Shown here one piece after another: positions 43,240 to 55,689 of a stretch of DNA of 64,000 bases. Location of the stretch: assembly GCA_951406725.2 (NCBI GenBank), contig OX597831.1, positions 21,204,001-21,268,000 of the forward strand. Reading direction: 5' to 3'. Each line of letters begins with the position of its first letter. Positions within the stretch are counted from its first letter, which is position 1. A program made the position numbers and the translations under genes. The notes beneath the pieces were generated by a model, which saw only the letters and a program-made list of their open reading frames with translations, searched no databases and was not told the origin of the DNA. The DNA comes from Octopus vulgaris. Lineage: Eukaryota.

Positions 43240-43525
43240 ATAAAGTTGGAAAAGGCACAAAAGTATAATTTAGAGAATGTTTAACATATTTCTTAAAATA
43301 TTTTCTTCAAAATATAACCGGTTTCGATGTATCCATCTTATCAAATATTAAAAAGAATATTTTACGAAGTCAATGAGAAAAAAAAATGGAGGTTAACAGT
43401 TTGTATCCAAGTTTTTAATATTTTATAGGATCGATCCATGGAAACCGGTTATGTTTTAAATCACTCAGTTTAACAAAAAATATAAAACATTCACAAAAAT
43501 ATGCTTTTGCGCTTTTCCAACTTTA
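43240..43525. mobile_element. Inverted pair of hammerhead-bearing terminal repeats
   Basis: ATAAAGTTGGAAAAGGCACAAAAGTAT at ~43240 is mirrored by ATGCTTTTGCGCTTTTCCAACTTTAT at 43501-43526. An intact hammerhead lies on the minus strand (43311-43349) and a decayed copy on the plus strand (43417-43455). Confidence 0.6.
43311..43349 (-). ncRNA. Minimal type I hammerhead ribozyme, U3-A8 core variant
   Basis: Minus-strand parse: AATAT | TTGATAA | GATG-GATA-CATC | GAAA | CCGG | TT^ | ATATT. It has a perfect 5-bp helix I, a 4-bp helix II, the palindrome ACCGGT and a GUU site. Confidence 0.7.
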
Positions 43526-43543
43526 TTTAATTTTTGTAACAAT

Positions 43544-43937
43544 GGATGGGATGGAAGCACTCCGTCGGTTACGACGATGAGGGTTCCGGTTGATCCGAAT
43601 CAGCGGAACAGCCTGCTCGTGAAATTAACGTGTAAGTGGCTGAGCACTCCACAGGCACGTGCACCTTTAACGTAGTTCTCGGGGATATTCAGCGTGACAC
43701 AGAGAGTGACAAGGCCGGCCCTTTGAAATACAGGTACAACAGAAACAGGTAGTAAGAGTGAAAGAAAGTTGTGGTGAAAGAGTACAGCAGGGATCACCAC
43801 CATCCCCTGCCGGAGCCTCGTGGAGCTTTTAGGTGTTTTCCCTCAATAAACACTCACAACGCCCGGTCTGGGAATCGAAACCGCGATCCTACGACCGCGA
43901 GTCCGCTGCTCTAACCACTGGGCCATTGCGCCTCCAC
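43544..43937 (-). mobile_element. Full-length SINE family C with a 12-bp TSD
   Basis: Near-identical reverse complement of 53929-54314. TSD TTTTGTAACAAT at 43532-43543 and 43938-43949. Confidence 0.9.
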
Positions 43938-43949
43938 TTTTGTAACAAT

Positions 43950-44825
43950 ATATAGCGTGCGGTAAATAAGCTGTCGTCGAAATTACACAAAAAAGAAATT
44001 AATACTGACATCTCATTTTAACAGCTATATTTACCAAAATCACATAATAATATCTTGAAATACTAAAGAGTAAATTTATACAATAAAATCGCCATTGGCT
44101 TCAGTCTCAGCCTCCAGAAGATTTTGGAATCTTTCGCAATTCATCTAGACGGTCTTCTTTTTCAGTTGGTGAATGCTGCCATAATCCTTGCCTTCAGTTC
44201 ATCTATGGCGTTACAGGGAGTTTTGTTGGTCTCTCACTCAACTGCACCCACACGCATAATAATCAAGGTGGTTGCAGTCTTGGGAGTTATGTGACCAGAC
44301 GTTAAGGGTATTTTGGTCTCATAAATTGTCTCACATTCATGACTGGGTTCTCCTTCTTGTGTGGCCTAGTGCAAATCCATGTTGAATGACATAGGGTTTT
44401 CCAGCAGCCACTCTCTTAACCTACGGCAGCATTACCTCCTCCAGGCATTTGATGTAGGCTTCCATGTTGAGTCTGAAGTCGTGTGCGAAGATGAATTGAG
44501 GCATAACGTTGACATGACTAGTGATCTCTCCAAAAACCATAATGTTGACTGGATGTTTAATTTTTATCCCTCTCCGCACATGTCCTCAGATTGGCATCCA
44601 AACACTCTGAAATGTTCGTATGGGAGCTTTCGGCCTGAATACTAAGCAGCGCAGCGTGTCGTTTCCAAATTTCTGGCAGACTGGATTGCGTCACAGTACT
44701 AAATTTTCTCACAGACGGTGTCCAACTGATCCTACTATACTGTGTATTCGACGAAATCCAAAGCAATGTGCATGTGCAAAATTAAAGATAAAAAATAGCG
44801 ATAATTTATCCATCGCAACCTGTAT
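43950..44825 (-). mobile_element. Second copy of the same deleted Tc1/mariner family
   Basis: Colinear by reverse complement with 2462-3586 (CAGTTGGACACC, CAGAAATTTGGAAACGA, CATCCAGTCAACAT, AAATGAGATGTCAGT). Both decayed TIRs are present. Confidence 0.8.
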
Positions 44826-44832
44826 ATCTATA

Positions 44833-44941
<109 letters not shown>

Positions 44942-44965
44942 TATATATACATATATGTATATATT

Positions 44966-44996
<31 letters not shown>

Positions 44997-45491
44997 CTAC
45001 ACACACACACACATATATATATAGAGAGAGAGAGAGAAAGGGAGAGAGAGAAAGACACATACACACATAAGCACATATGCGTATTTACTCTTATATAACA
45101 GAACAGGAGGCTTGAAAACTTTTTGGTATTATTGTTCACCATTACACGTTTCATCATCATCATCATCATCATTATTATTATTGTTGTTGTTGTTGTTATT
45201 ACTATTATTTGATTCTGTGTCTCAGAAATATCTGATGATATTTCTTGCACGTATATTCTTCTTGTATAACATTGTAATACGTATTAGCAAACGTAACATG
45301 TGTGACGGTGAAGAAATAACACCAAAACTTGCTGTTTTGTTATCTAATAACCCGGTGAAGAGAATAAGACAATTTTTAGATCTAATACGTACCTCACATC
45401 AATACAACATCAACAATAACTACATACTGGGTTGCCTTATTAGAATAAGCCCTTCTGGTTAAAGAGGACAGCTTAATTTACATAATTTGCT

Positions 45492-45541
<50 letters not shown>

Positions 45542-45735
45542 AAGAATTCCAACCTTGTCTGATTTTCACGTTTTATTTACAATCTTATAATGATATATTA
45601 TAAGATAATATATTATAATTGAATAAAATAAAATGAAATAGTAGAATGTTAAATATTCATTCTGATTGAACTAGTACTTTCATGCATTGAATTCTGCAAT
45701 CTTCGGGTTCATGTATATATATATATATATATATA

Positions 45736-46650
45736 TAAAATGAGATAGGGGTTGAAAATTCAACCCACCATGGGATAATATATATCCAATATACTGCTAG
45801 ATAGGTACCCAACAAAATTAATACATAGATGTTAAAAATTGTCAAGCAATCAGTTCATCTATTGTATTAAATGGGTAAAGGTAATAATATTACCGTAAAT
45901 TAATACTACAAAATTAGAGAATGGAGAAACATACTTAAATCAGTAAAACATTAACTATCCGATGATACTCAATCCATACTTTAATACACCATTACATATG
46001 AGTAAAGGCAATATATAAAATGAAATGAGATATACAGTAATAGTAAAAGTAAAAAGATAAAGAGATATAAGTAAAAAATTTTCAAATATAATATGCAAAT
46101 AAATCAAAACTGACAGCTGTTTCGGCAGTGAGGACAGTCATACCTCATTTAACCTATAAGCCATAAAGGCAGGTATAAATGAGGCATTAACAAGATGCCC
46201 CACGGCCTCTTCAGAGAATTAAATTAAATTTGTTATAATAGTGAAAAATATTATATAATCATATACATATAAATATAAAAATATAAAAATGTAAAATATA
46301 AAAACTTATACATCATAATGCTACACTTATATAATATAATACACATTTGTACAAAAAGGAAGGTAAACAGAACAAAATAAAACAAAATATATAACAGTGT
46401 ATATATTAATATTAATAAGTACCGATATTATACATATTTGGCTAATAGTTTTTTTATAAAAAAAAAGGGCTAACTCATATGGAGATGAAACATGAAATAA
46501 TTATCTGAATTAGTAACATACTGATATTTAAATATATTTATATCTAAATTAAATATTTTATAGAATGCATGGATGGTTCTTCTTTTTTTGTTATTGAGGC
46601 TCAGTTATAATTTTGAAGGACTAAATGTTAGCATAGTTGCTTCCCTTTTT
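45736..46650 (-). mobile_element. AT-rich Penelope-like terminal fragment carrying the 46106-46220 hammerhead
   Basis: Starts at a (TA)n edge, has strong strand asymmetry and contains the ribozyme motif. Boundaries are approximate. Confidence 0.4.
46106..46220 (-). ncRNA. Type I hammerhead ribozyme with a canonical core and an ~84-nt helix II arm
   Basis: Minus-strand parse: AATTCT | CTGAAGA | GGC...GCC (extended stem including ATGCCTCATTTA/TAAATGAGGTAT) | GAAA | CAGCTG | TC^ | AGTTTT. Palindrome ACAGCTGT and GUC site; helix I is partly eroded. Confidence 0.7.
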
Positions 46651-46736
46651 TGTTTATCTAAGTGCTAGTTGTTGCTTGTGAATATGTATGTGTATAAGTG
46701 TATGTATGTGTATATATATATATATATGTGTATGTG

Positions 46737-46779
<43 letters not shown>

Positions 46780-46814
46780 ATGTGTATGTGTATGTATGTG
46801 TATGTATGTGTATG

Positions 46815-46845
<31 letters not shown>

Positions 46846-47126
46846 GTATATACTACTACTACTACTACTACTACTACTAATAATAATAATACTTCTACCG
46901 GCATCACTACCGCTGTGTAGGCAGATAAAGACGGCATACAAATCACATTCTCTATTTATAAACGTTTGTTGTATCATTAATTAATCCCACCATATAGTCT
47001 AAAATTGGCATTTGCTATTGGTTAAGCTGCTCTGTATAAGTGCAAACGTATGTATGGATGCATGTATGATTGTATATATGGTGCTAACTTATATATATAT
47101 AATTTTATATATATGTATATGTACGC

Positions 47127-47178
<52 letters not shown>

Positions 47179-47182
<4 letters not shown>

Positions 47183-47440
47183 TTAGAGATAAAACCACTA
47201 TTCGGCAAATCAAACAATGAAAAACATAAGCCAATACATAAAATTAATTAATTTATATTATTTTAAATATATATCAAAAGTATTAAAAGTTAATAACAGA
47301 TAAAGAGTAAAACACTACGATCGTTTCATGACTGTACAATTCGTAATAATTCGAGTTATGGTTACAGTCAATCTTCAGGTTAATTGAAATATTTATCTTA
47401 GCTAAACCTCGCTGTAAGCATTATGATGTATAAGTTTTTA
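47179..47440 (-). mobile_element. Short element carrying the 47311-47382 hammerhead
   Basis: Starts at a (TA)n edge and contains the ribozyme motif. Boundaries are approximate. Confidence 0.4.
47311..47382 (-). ncRNA. Type I hammerhead ribozyme motif
   Basis: Minus-strand parse: TAAC | CTGAAGA | T-TGACTGTA...TACAGTCA-T | GAAA | CGATCG | TA^ | GTGTT. It has an 8-bp helix II, the palindrome ACGATCGT and a GUA site. Helix I is only 2 bp and the 10.1/11.1 pair is mismatched. Confidence 0.6.
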
Positions 47441-47454
47441 TATTTTATGTATAT

Positions 47455-47824
47455 GGCGGCCAGCAGAACCGTTAGTACGCCGGGTGAAATGCGTAGCCGT
47501 ATTTCAATTTTTATACCACATATGGGCTAAATACAGAGAGGACAAACAAGGATAGACAAATTTAATTAAATTCTCTTACAGACCCCAGTGCATAACTGGT
47601 TAATGCCTCAATTTATCGACCCCGAAAGGATGAAAGGCAAAGTCGACCTCGTCTGCCGTTACGTTCTGAGTTCAAATTCCGCCGAGGTCGACTTTGCCTT
47701 TCATTCTTTCGAGGTCGATAAAGTAAGTACCAGTTACGCACTGGGGCCGATGTAATCGACTTAATTCGTTTGTATCTCCTTGTTTGTCCCCTCTACTGTT
47801 TAGCCCCTATGGGTAATAAAGTAA
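47455..47824 (+). mobile_element. SINE family B containing an inverted copy of its own 3' half
   Basis: Head at 47455-47505, inverted 3' half at about 47510-47650, and the rest of the element from GTCTGCCGTT (47651) onward. Confidence 0.8.
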
Positions 47825-47828
47825 CACA

Positions 47829-47870
<42 letters not shown>

Positions 47871-47983
47871 GGTAGGTATATATACATATTATTAGAATAA
47901 GACGTTCGGGTTAAAGAGAACAGCTTAATTTACTTAATTTGCATATGTATGCACACACACACTACACACACACACACACACAC

Positions 47984-48050
<67 letters not shown>

Positions 48051-48891
48051 AATATATGTATTTATATATATATAGAAACATAAATAAACGCATGGATAGA
48101 AACACTTCCATATATACATACACGCACGCACATATAAAGTGATATATCAACTATATTTTACACCAAATCATAGCTTAACGTTAATAACCCTGTTCGCATT
48201 TTCCGACTCTCTACTCTGACATTTCCTTTCTATCAAATCCATTCTTTGCCGCCCTCTCGGCTCTCTTTCACTTTCTCATTCTCTCTCTCTCTTTCTCATT
48301 CTCTCTCTCTCTTTATCATTCTCTCTCTCTGTCTCTCTCTCACTCTCTCTCTCTCTCGTTCGCCTTTTCTGTTTGTTTCTCTCATTATTAAAATTTTTCT
48401 TTCCATCCTATTCTTCACTAATCAACGTATTTCTACTCTGTACTTACACATCCTCCATCTTTTTTTTTTTATCTCTTTATATTTAGATATTTGTATATAG
48501 TGTATTTGATCCAGTCTTCCTGTTATATGTTATCGATGCAGAATTCGCCATGATATTTAAATATCAACAATGCATGTCTGTACGGCAGGTAGGCTGTCAG
48601 TACTTTCTTCGTCACAAGGCGAGGAGCAGTAACTTTCGGACAGAATTCTTCAAGTTTAACCATGTATGCTTTTACAAACATATACATAGTTACATGCATA
48701 CATATATAAATACATACATACGTACATACGTACATATATACACACACACATAGACACATATGTGTGTGTGCGTATGTATGATAGGGTGTGTCTGTATATA
48801 TATATATATATGTGTATATATATACGTGCATGTGTGTTTATGTATAAATATATGGGGTGTGTTTCTATACATACATACATACATACATACA

Positions 48892-48961
<70 letters not shown>

Positions 48962-49035
48962 TCTATAAAAACATGTTTTTTTATATATGAAAGTATATGC
49001 ACACATACGTGGATTAATCTATTTACATACAAGCG

Positions 49036-49143
<108 letters not shown>

Positions 49144-49345
49144 TATATACACACACATACATATATATATATATATGTGTGTGTTATATATATATATATA
49201 CATATATATATATACACACACATACACTTACTTATATATGTACGTATATATCTATTTATATTCATATGCTTTTCCATATATACACATATGCATACATGTA
49301 TGCATACATACATGCCCCCAACACACATACACACACCCACACACC

Positions 49346-49381
<36 letters not shown>

Positions 49382-50334
49382 CAAAAATGAGGTTGAAAAC
49401 TTAGATATTAATTTAATAATACCATTGGTTTAACACCAAGCGACCTAGCACATAACAAACCAGGGAGACGATACATATTTATCCGTAAATATATATATAC
49501 ATAGAGAGAGAGAGAGAGAAAGACACACACTCATACACAAGCACATATGCATGCGTTAACTCTCTTATATTTACGGATATATATATATTTACGGATATAT
49601 ATATATATATTTATATATTTAAGAGGAAAGAGATACACTTACGCTCAAACATAATCTAACAGACAATCTTCACTAACAAACTTAGTTTATAAATGCAATT
49701 GTCAGTCTAAAAACTCTGCCAGCAACTTCTCGGGAACAGCACCATCACCACCACCACCACCACCAGCACCACCACAACAGCCAACACCATCACCACCACC
49801 AATACCAACACCATCACCAGCAACCGAGAAGCAGTGAGTAGACCAAAGTACGACAGCAACAGCCAGTCTACGTGTTCGAAAATCACCGTTCTCTTCCGTT
49901 CATTGCATTCACATGCGTTATCATATAAACATCACTTCCTTGGAGGAATATCGCTCTTTCGGAAGCCATATGTCGTTTTATGGGATGGCCTTGTTTCAGC
50001 ACTGAATTACATTTCCTTTCAATTTGCCATAATCTCTTCTCTTTTCATTGGCACTCATCTTGTCAATGCCTCTCTCTCCTAGTCCTCTCCGGCTATCAAT
50101 CAATCAATTTCTCTCGGTTTCTCTTTTACCTATCTACCTGTGTGTGTGTGTTTGTCAGCATGTTTGTTTGTGTGTTTGTGTATCTACCTATCTGTCATGC
50201 CTGTCTGTCTCTGTCTGAGAGTGTGTGGGCGTGTCTATCTATGTCTCACTAAATCTACATCTGAGTCTCCCTTTCTCCCATCGCTAAACTTACCTTTCTT
50301 TCTATCTCTTTCTCCTCTACTTACCTACCTCACT

Positions 50335-50417
50335 CCCCACCTACCTACCTACCTACCTACCTACCTACCTACCTACCTACCTACCTACCTACCATCTTTT
50401 CATTCATCCATCCATTC

Positions 50418-50475
<58 letters not shown>

Positions 50476-50507
50476 ACCTACCTACCTACCTACTTATCTA
50501 TCTATCA

Positions 50508-50565
<58 letters not shown>

Positions 50566-50667
50566 TCATCCATCTATCTATCTATCCATCTATCTATCCA
50601 TCTATCTATCCATCTATCTATCTCTACCTACCTACCTACTTACCTACCTACCTACCTACCTACCTAC

Positions 50668-50711
<44 letters not shown>

Positions 50712-50757
50712 ACCCACCTACCTACCTACCTACTTACCTACCTACCTACATACCTAC

Positions 50758-50814
<57 letters not shown>

Positions 50815-50825
50815 CATCCATCTAT
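50335..50825. repeat. Compound (CTAC)n/(CTAT)n/(CCAT)n tetranucleotide array
   Basis: Seen directly in the sequence. Confidence 0.95.
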
Positions 50826-50970
50826 GCATGTGTGAATGTCTCTTTGCATGCATTGTCTATGCATTGATCTATCAATCTCTATACCTATGTGTGTGTGCGC
50901 GATTATTTGATTCATTATCACTAGATTGTCACTACCAATTTCTTAGCTTCGATCAAGTCTTATATTTCTG

Positions 50971-51062
<92 letters not shown>

Positions 51063-51224
51063 CATATGCGGTTTTATGCGTGTGCTTAGTTGCATATGAC
51101 TGTGCGTGCGTGTACGGTTTGAAATGCTAAGTACGACTGCACGCCTGAATGTCCAGTGACAGATTATTAAATCTTGACCTTTTAGACCTCACTCAACTTC
51201 AATCTTAACCGAGGACATCACCGG

Positions 51225-51587
51225 CACCACCACCACCACTACCACCACCACCACCACCACCACCACCACCACCACCACCACCACCACCGCCACCACCACC
51301 AACACTACCACTACCACAACCACCGTCGCCGCCGCTGCCGCCTAGACCGTTTCTCTAATCAAATCATAACCAATAAAATGTTACATATTATCTACAAGAG
51401 AAACAGGCAAGACGGATCGTGATACTAAAATATCGTAGATAAATTACTGTTGTTATGATGTATGTTATCCCAAACATCATATTATTGTAAATTGATCTTT
51501 ATATATATATTATTGAGAATGGGTATAATATAATATAATGTACTATAATATAATATAATATAATATAATATAATATAATATAATATA

Positions 51588-51647
<60 letters not shown>

Positions 51648-51650
51648 TAT
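51225..51650. repeat. (CAC)n tract, then (ATAAT)n and (TA)n
   Basis: (CAC)n at 51225-51322, (TATAA)n at about 51525-51590 and (TA)n to 51650. Confidence 0.9.
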
Positions 51651-51651
51651 C

Positions 51652-51990
51652 ACTCTTTTACTCTCTTTTACTTGTTTCAGTCATTTAACTGCGGCCATGC
51701 TGGAGCACCGCCTTTTTTTTTAATCGAGCAACTCCATCCCAGGACTTATTCTTTGTAAGCCCAGTACTTATTCTATCGGTCTCTTTTGCCGAAACGCTAA
51801 GTGACGGTGACATAAACACACCAGCATCGGTTGTCAAGCAATGCTAAGGGGACAAACACAGACACACAAACATACACGCACACACACATATATATATATA
51901 TACATATATACGACGGGCTTCTTACAGTTTCCGTCTACCAAATCCACTCACAAGGCTTTGGTCGGCCCGAGGCTATAGTAGAAGACACTT
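51652..51990 (-). mobile_element. SINE family A, head lost
   Basis: Reverse complement of the family A body and tail. It breaks at AAGTGTCTTC, where the hammerhead element begins. Confidence 0.85.
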
Positions 51991-52379
51991 AATATTTCTA
52001 TTATTGAAAACAAGTGGATGTATTCCACCGAAACTAGGTAAATAAAACCTTATATCTATAAGACTGCTATATTAAAACCTTCGAACAGAGACGATCAGTG
52101 GCGACACCTGCTGGGTCGGACTGCGCTACATTGACAAAGGGCAAATACCCTGAAACGCGTATGTAGCTGTCTAACTGGCAGTGTGAAGCGGCTGACCTCC
52201 CTTGTTCGAAGTTTATAATGGACAAATATATTTGTGTGTCAAATAGCTATCTTAAGGCGATGGCCTCATGCAGCTAATCTTATATCTATAAGACTGCCAT
52301 ATTAATATGGCGATAACAATTAATTTCCAGTAACGCTGCCGTAATCTCTTTTAGAGAGACTTAGTAATTTTAATATTTC

Positions 52380-52385
<6 letters not shown>
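51989..52385 (+). mobile_element. ~400-bp hammerhead-containing element with internal direct repeats
   Basis: 16-bp repeat TTAATATTTCTATTAT at 51989-52004 and 52370-52385. 27-bp repeat CTTATATCTATAAGACTGCYATATTAA at 52049-52075 and 52279-52305. A long hairpin with the hammerhead at its apex, ending in (TA)n. Confidence 0.6.
52125..52167 (+). ncRNA. Minimal type I hammerhead ribozyme, U3-A8 core variant
   Basis: Parse: GCTACA | TTGACAA | AGGG-CAAATA-CCCT | GAAA | CGCG | TA^ | TGTAGC. It has a 6-bp helix I, a 4-bp helix II, a palindromic helix III (ACGCGT) and a GUA cleavage site after 52161. Confidence 0.75.
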
Positions 52386-52450
<65 letters not shown>

Positions 52451-52707
52451 ATGAATAATTGGTGCCAAATGTCTTAGTGTTTAATGTCTGTGATGATGTA
52501 ATTATACCTCAAATTCGATGTATGAGATTGCAGTCGTTCCCCCACTTGTACAAAATTCTTATTGAATTAAGGTGAAAATGGTTGAGTATTTCTCAGAACG
52601 TGGAACGGTTACCTTAATGCTCATATCGTCACACACAAATTTGTTTCTTAGAATCAAAAATTACAATCTGCCAAACCGAATTGTACTTAGTTCCTGTCTA
52701 TACCATA

Positions 52708-53114
52708 TCTTTATATATAAAAGTGAAGTTGTGTGTCTGTCTCCTACGATTTAGATTCCTAACTACTCCCACATTTTTCGGTGCAGTGTAACCAACAGCG
52801 GGTATCTTATAGTCGTGATTCATATCGAGCCCTTCTGGGTATTAGCGCGCGTCTACGATGAGTCTATGATATAAAAGAAAATTTTCCATAATTTTTCCCA
52901 ATTTATAATGCATTTTTTTGCTATTATATAAGGGAAGTAACTCTTATTATGTATTATTAAATGTATTATTAAATCTCAGAACGTAAAAAGCTACAGTAAC
53001 ACCCCCTCCTTTGAGGTTAGCCATATTGAGATGGCTATTATACTTTACACCTCTAAAAATGCTTATATAGTTATTTCCCTTACAAACCCGAGCAACGCCG
53101 GGCGATACTGCTAG
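52708..53114 (+). mobile_element. Non-autonomous Helitron
   Basis: 5' TC, 3' CTAG, inserted between A and T, with the subterminal hairpin CCCGAGCAACGCCGGG (53087-53102). Confidence 0.8.
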
Positions 53115-53928
53115 TCACTTATAAAACCTGAAGTTAATGGAGCTTGTCGCGAAGAGTTATTTAATGAAGAAAAAACGTACTTGGATCAAACTTGTTATAT
53201 CGTAGTCTACTACTGTGCTTTGTTACCCTAGCTTCAATGGCGCGTATGTGAATTATATTTATTGGTGAATGTTTACACTCGTATATGATGTCTGTGTATA
53301 TGTATGTATCTTTTCCCACTTAAATCTCTATGTTTGTGTGTATGTGAAGTATATGTCCACCTCGTAATATTTACACCTAAACGCGAGTGCATCTATATGT
53401 ATATGAATAGGCAAACATTAGAAAGGAAATATTTGAACAAACCCATAAGCACATTCGTGCATTTATATGTATTCAAATGGCCAAACATGTTTCCATTTAT
53501 TTTGTCCTGTTTTTCATATTTCTGCGTTCCTGTTTGTTTATCTTCCCGACGTCTTTTCTCTTTCGTTGCGTCAATATTGCTGACGTTGTATGCATCAATC
53601 CCTTCGCCTTCCAACACTCTTAAGAAACCACACGATTTACTCATTACTCATAAGCATTCTATTATTTTCAAGACTCACTATACAAAATGTAAAACTACTA
53701 AAAATTTTTGTATATATTTGTGAATTTCCGTTTATTTTTTATTCTGTTTCACTAATCTTTACCCAATTTAAATATATATCTTAAGCCGGTTTTACATATG
53801 AGACAACACTTCTAGTTTATATATTTATATATTATAATATATATAATAAGAGATACTACCATAGTGATTAAGCAAGCCGTTTTATATTGATATTTTAAAG
53901 TATCTGGTGCATTACTATATTTGTACTC

Positions 53929-54314
53929 GTGGAGGCGCAATGGCCCAGTGGTTAGGGCAGCGGACTCGCGGTCATAGGATCGCGGTTTCGATTCCCAGAC
54001 CGGGCGTTGTGAGTGTTTATTTAGCGAAAACACCTAAAGCTCCACGAGGCTCCGGCAGGGGATGGTGGTGATCCCTGCTGTATTCTTTCACCACAACTTT
54101 CTCTCACTCTTACTTCCTGTTTCTGTTGTACCTGTATTTCAAAGGGTCGGCCTTGTCACTCTCTGTGTCCCGCTGAATATCCCCGAGAACTACGTTAAGG
54201 GTACACGTGTCTGTGGAGTGCTCAGCCACATACACGTTAATTTCACGAGCAGGCTGTTCCGTTGATTCGGATCAACCGGAAGCCTCGTCGTCGTAACCGA
54301 CGGAGTGCTTCCAC
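53929..54314 (+). mobile_element. Full-length tRNA-derived SINE (family C) with a 12-bp TSD
   Basis: tRNA-like head with an A box (TGGCCCAGTGG) and a B-box-like GTTTCGATTCC. TSD ATATTTGTACTC at 53917-53928 and 54315-54326. Confidence 0.9.
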
Positions 54315-54427
54315 ATATTTGTACTCACACATATAGACACGCAATCACACACGCACATACACACACACACACACAAACACATACACAGACACGCACACAA
54401 TACACGCATATATATGTTTTATCACTA

Positions 54428-55070
54428 TATGTGGTTGTGTTATATGAAGCTTGGAAACCAAGCTTCGTTCCGTGTTCACTCCCAATGCATGGCACATGGG
54501 GCGAGTGTTTTCTACTCCAGCTTTGGACCGGCCGAAGCCTTGTGAGAGGATTTGGTAAACGGAAATGAAAGAAACCTGTCACATGTGTGTGTGTGTGTGG
54601 GGGGGTATGTGGGTCATTTTCCTCCACCAACGCTTGACCACCGGTGTTGGTGTTTTTATCTCCTCGTAGCATAGGCGGCGAGCTGGCAGAAACGTTAGCA
54701 CGCCAGGCGAAATGCTTAGCGGTATTTCGTCTGCGTTACGTTGTGAGTTCAAATTCCGCCGAGGTCGACTTTGCCTTTCATCCTTTCGGGGTCGATAAAT
54801 TAAGTGCCAGTTACGCACTGGGGTCGATGTAATCGACTTAATACCTATGTATGTCCTTGTTTGTCCCCTCTGTGTTTAGCCCCTTGTGGGTAATAAAGAA
54901 ATAGGTACTGCAAAAGATCCGCTAAAATAAGTACCACGCTTTAAAAAAATAACAAGAACATTTAAAAGTACCAGACTCAATCCATTCCACTAAAATTCTT
55001 GCATGCGGTGTCCCAGCATGACCGCGGTCTGATGAATGAAACACGCAAAAGAATAAAGAATAAAAGAACA
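54428..55070 (+). mobile_element. Old SINE family A interrupted by a SINE family B
   Basis: A diverged family A 5' part (54428-54670) and 3' part (54906-55070) flank the family B copy. Confidence 0.7.
54674..54903 (+). mobile_element. Full-length tRNA-derived SINE family B (Meta-domain-like core)
   Basis: GGCGGCGAGCTGGCAGAA..GAGTTCAAATTCCGCC (B box)..GCCTTTCATCCTTTCGGGGTCGATAAATTAAGT..AATAAAGAAAT. The central motif resembles the MetaSINE domain, from memory. Confidence 0.88.
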
Positions 55071-55336
55071 GATTATATTACAAGTAGCAGTAATTATATT
55101 GCAGCCATGCTGGGACATTCAAGAGATCTTTCTATAAAATGTTCTACATTTGTTGGACACTTACTGTTGTAAACATTCAGTAACTTAATTACGAAAATAC
55201 ACAGACCCCACCGCACGTACATACACATACTCAATCGTATATAAATGTTAGTGTGTATATCTGTATCTACTTCGGCATGGCTGTGATTGTGTTTAATGTA
55301 TATATGTACACGTGCGTATACTGACGTGCATATACA

Positions 55337-55371
<35 letters not shown>

Positions 55372-55689
55372 GAATGGAGCTGAACGACGAATTAACAAAA
55401 TTCCTAGGCACGTAACTTCAACCGTGTTTTTTCTGATGTGAATTTGCTAACCAGGTATCGGTTAATTCGAATTATCCTTAATAAGATAATTCATTCAACT
55501 ACTCAAATATATATATATATATATATATATATTAGTTCAGTAAAAATTTAGATTCAGATGAATATGGTACTTAAGCTGAGGCACCAAAATTTAGCATGCT
55601 ATTATCCATACAATTTACAATAAGGTGATTGTTGCTTATTTTGATCATATATGTATATATATATATGGTTGTATGTTACTTATTGAATA

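Noticed and set aside
50140-50835. 231-aa ORF with LPTY/LSIY repeats
   Set aside because: It is a tetranucleotide microsatellite read-through.
52049-52305. 27-bp direct repeats suggestive of a CRISPR array
   Set aside because: There are only two copies, 230 bp apart, in eukaryotic DNA with no cas genes.
53929-54005. tRNA-like sequences (also the heads of SINE A and B)
   Set aside because: They continue into SINE bodies with tails and TSDs and do not form complete cloverleaves, so they are not tRNA genes.
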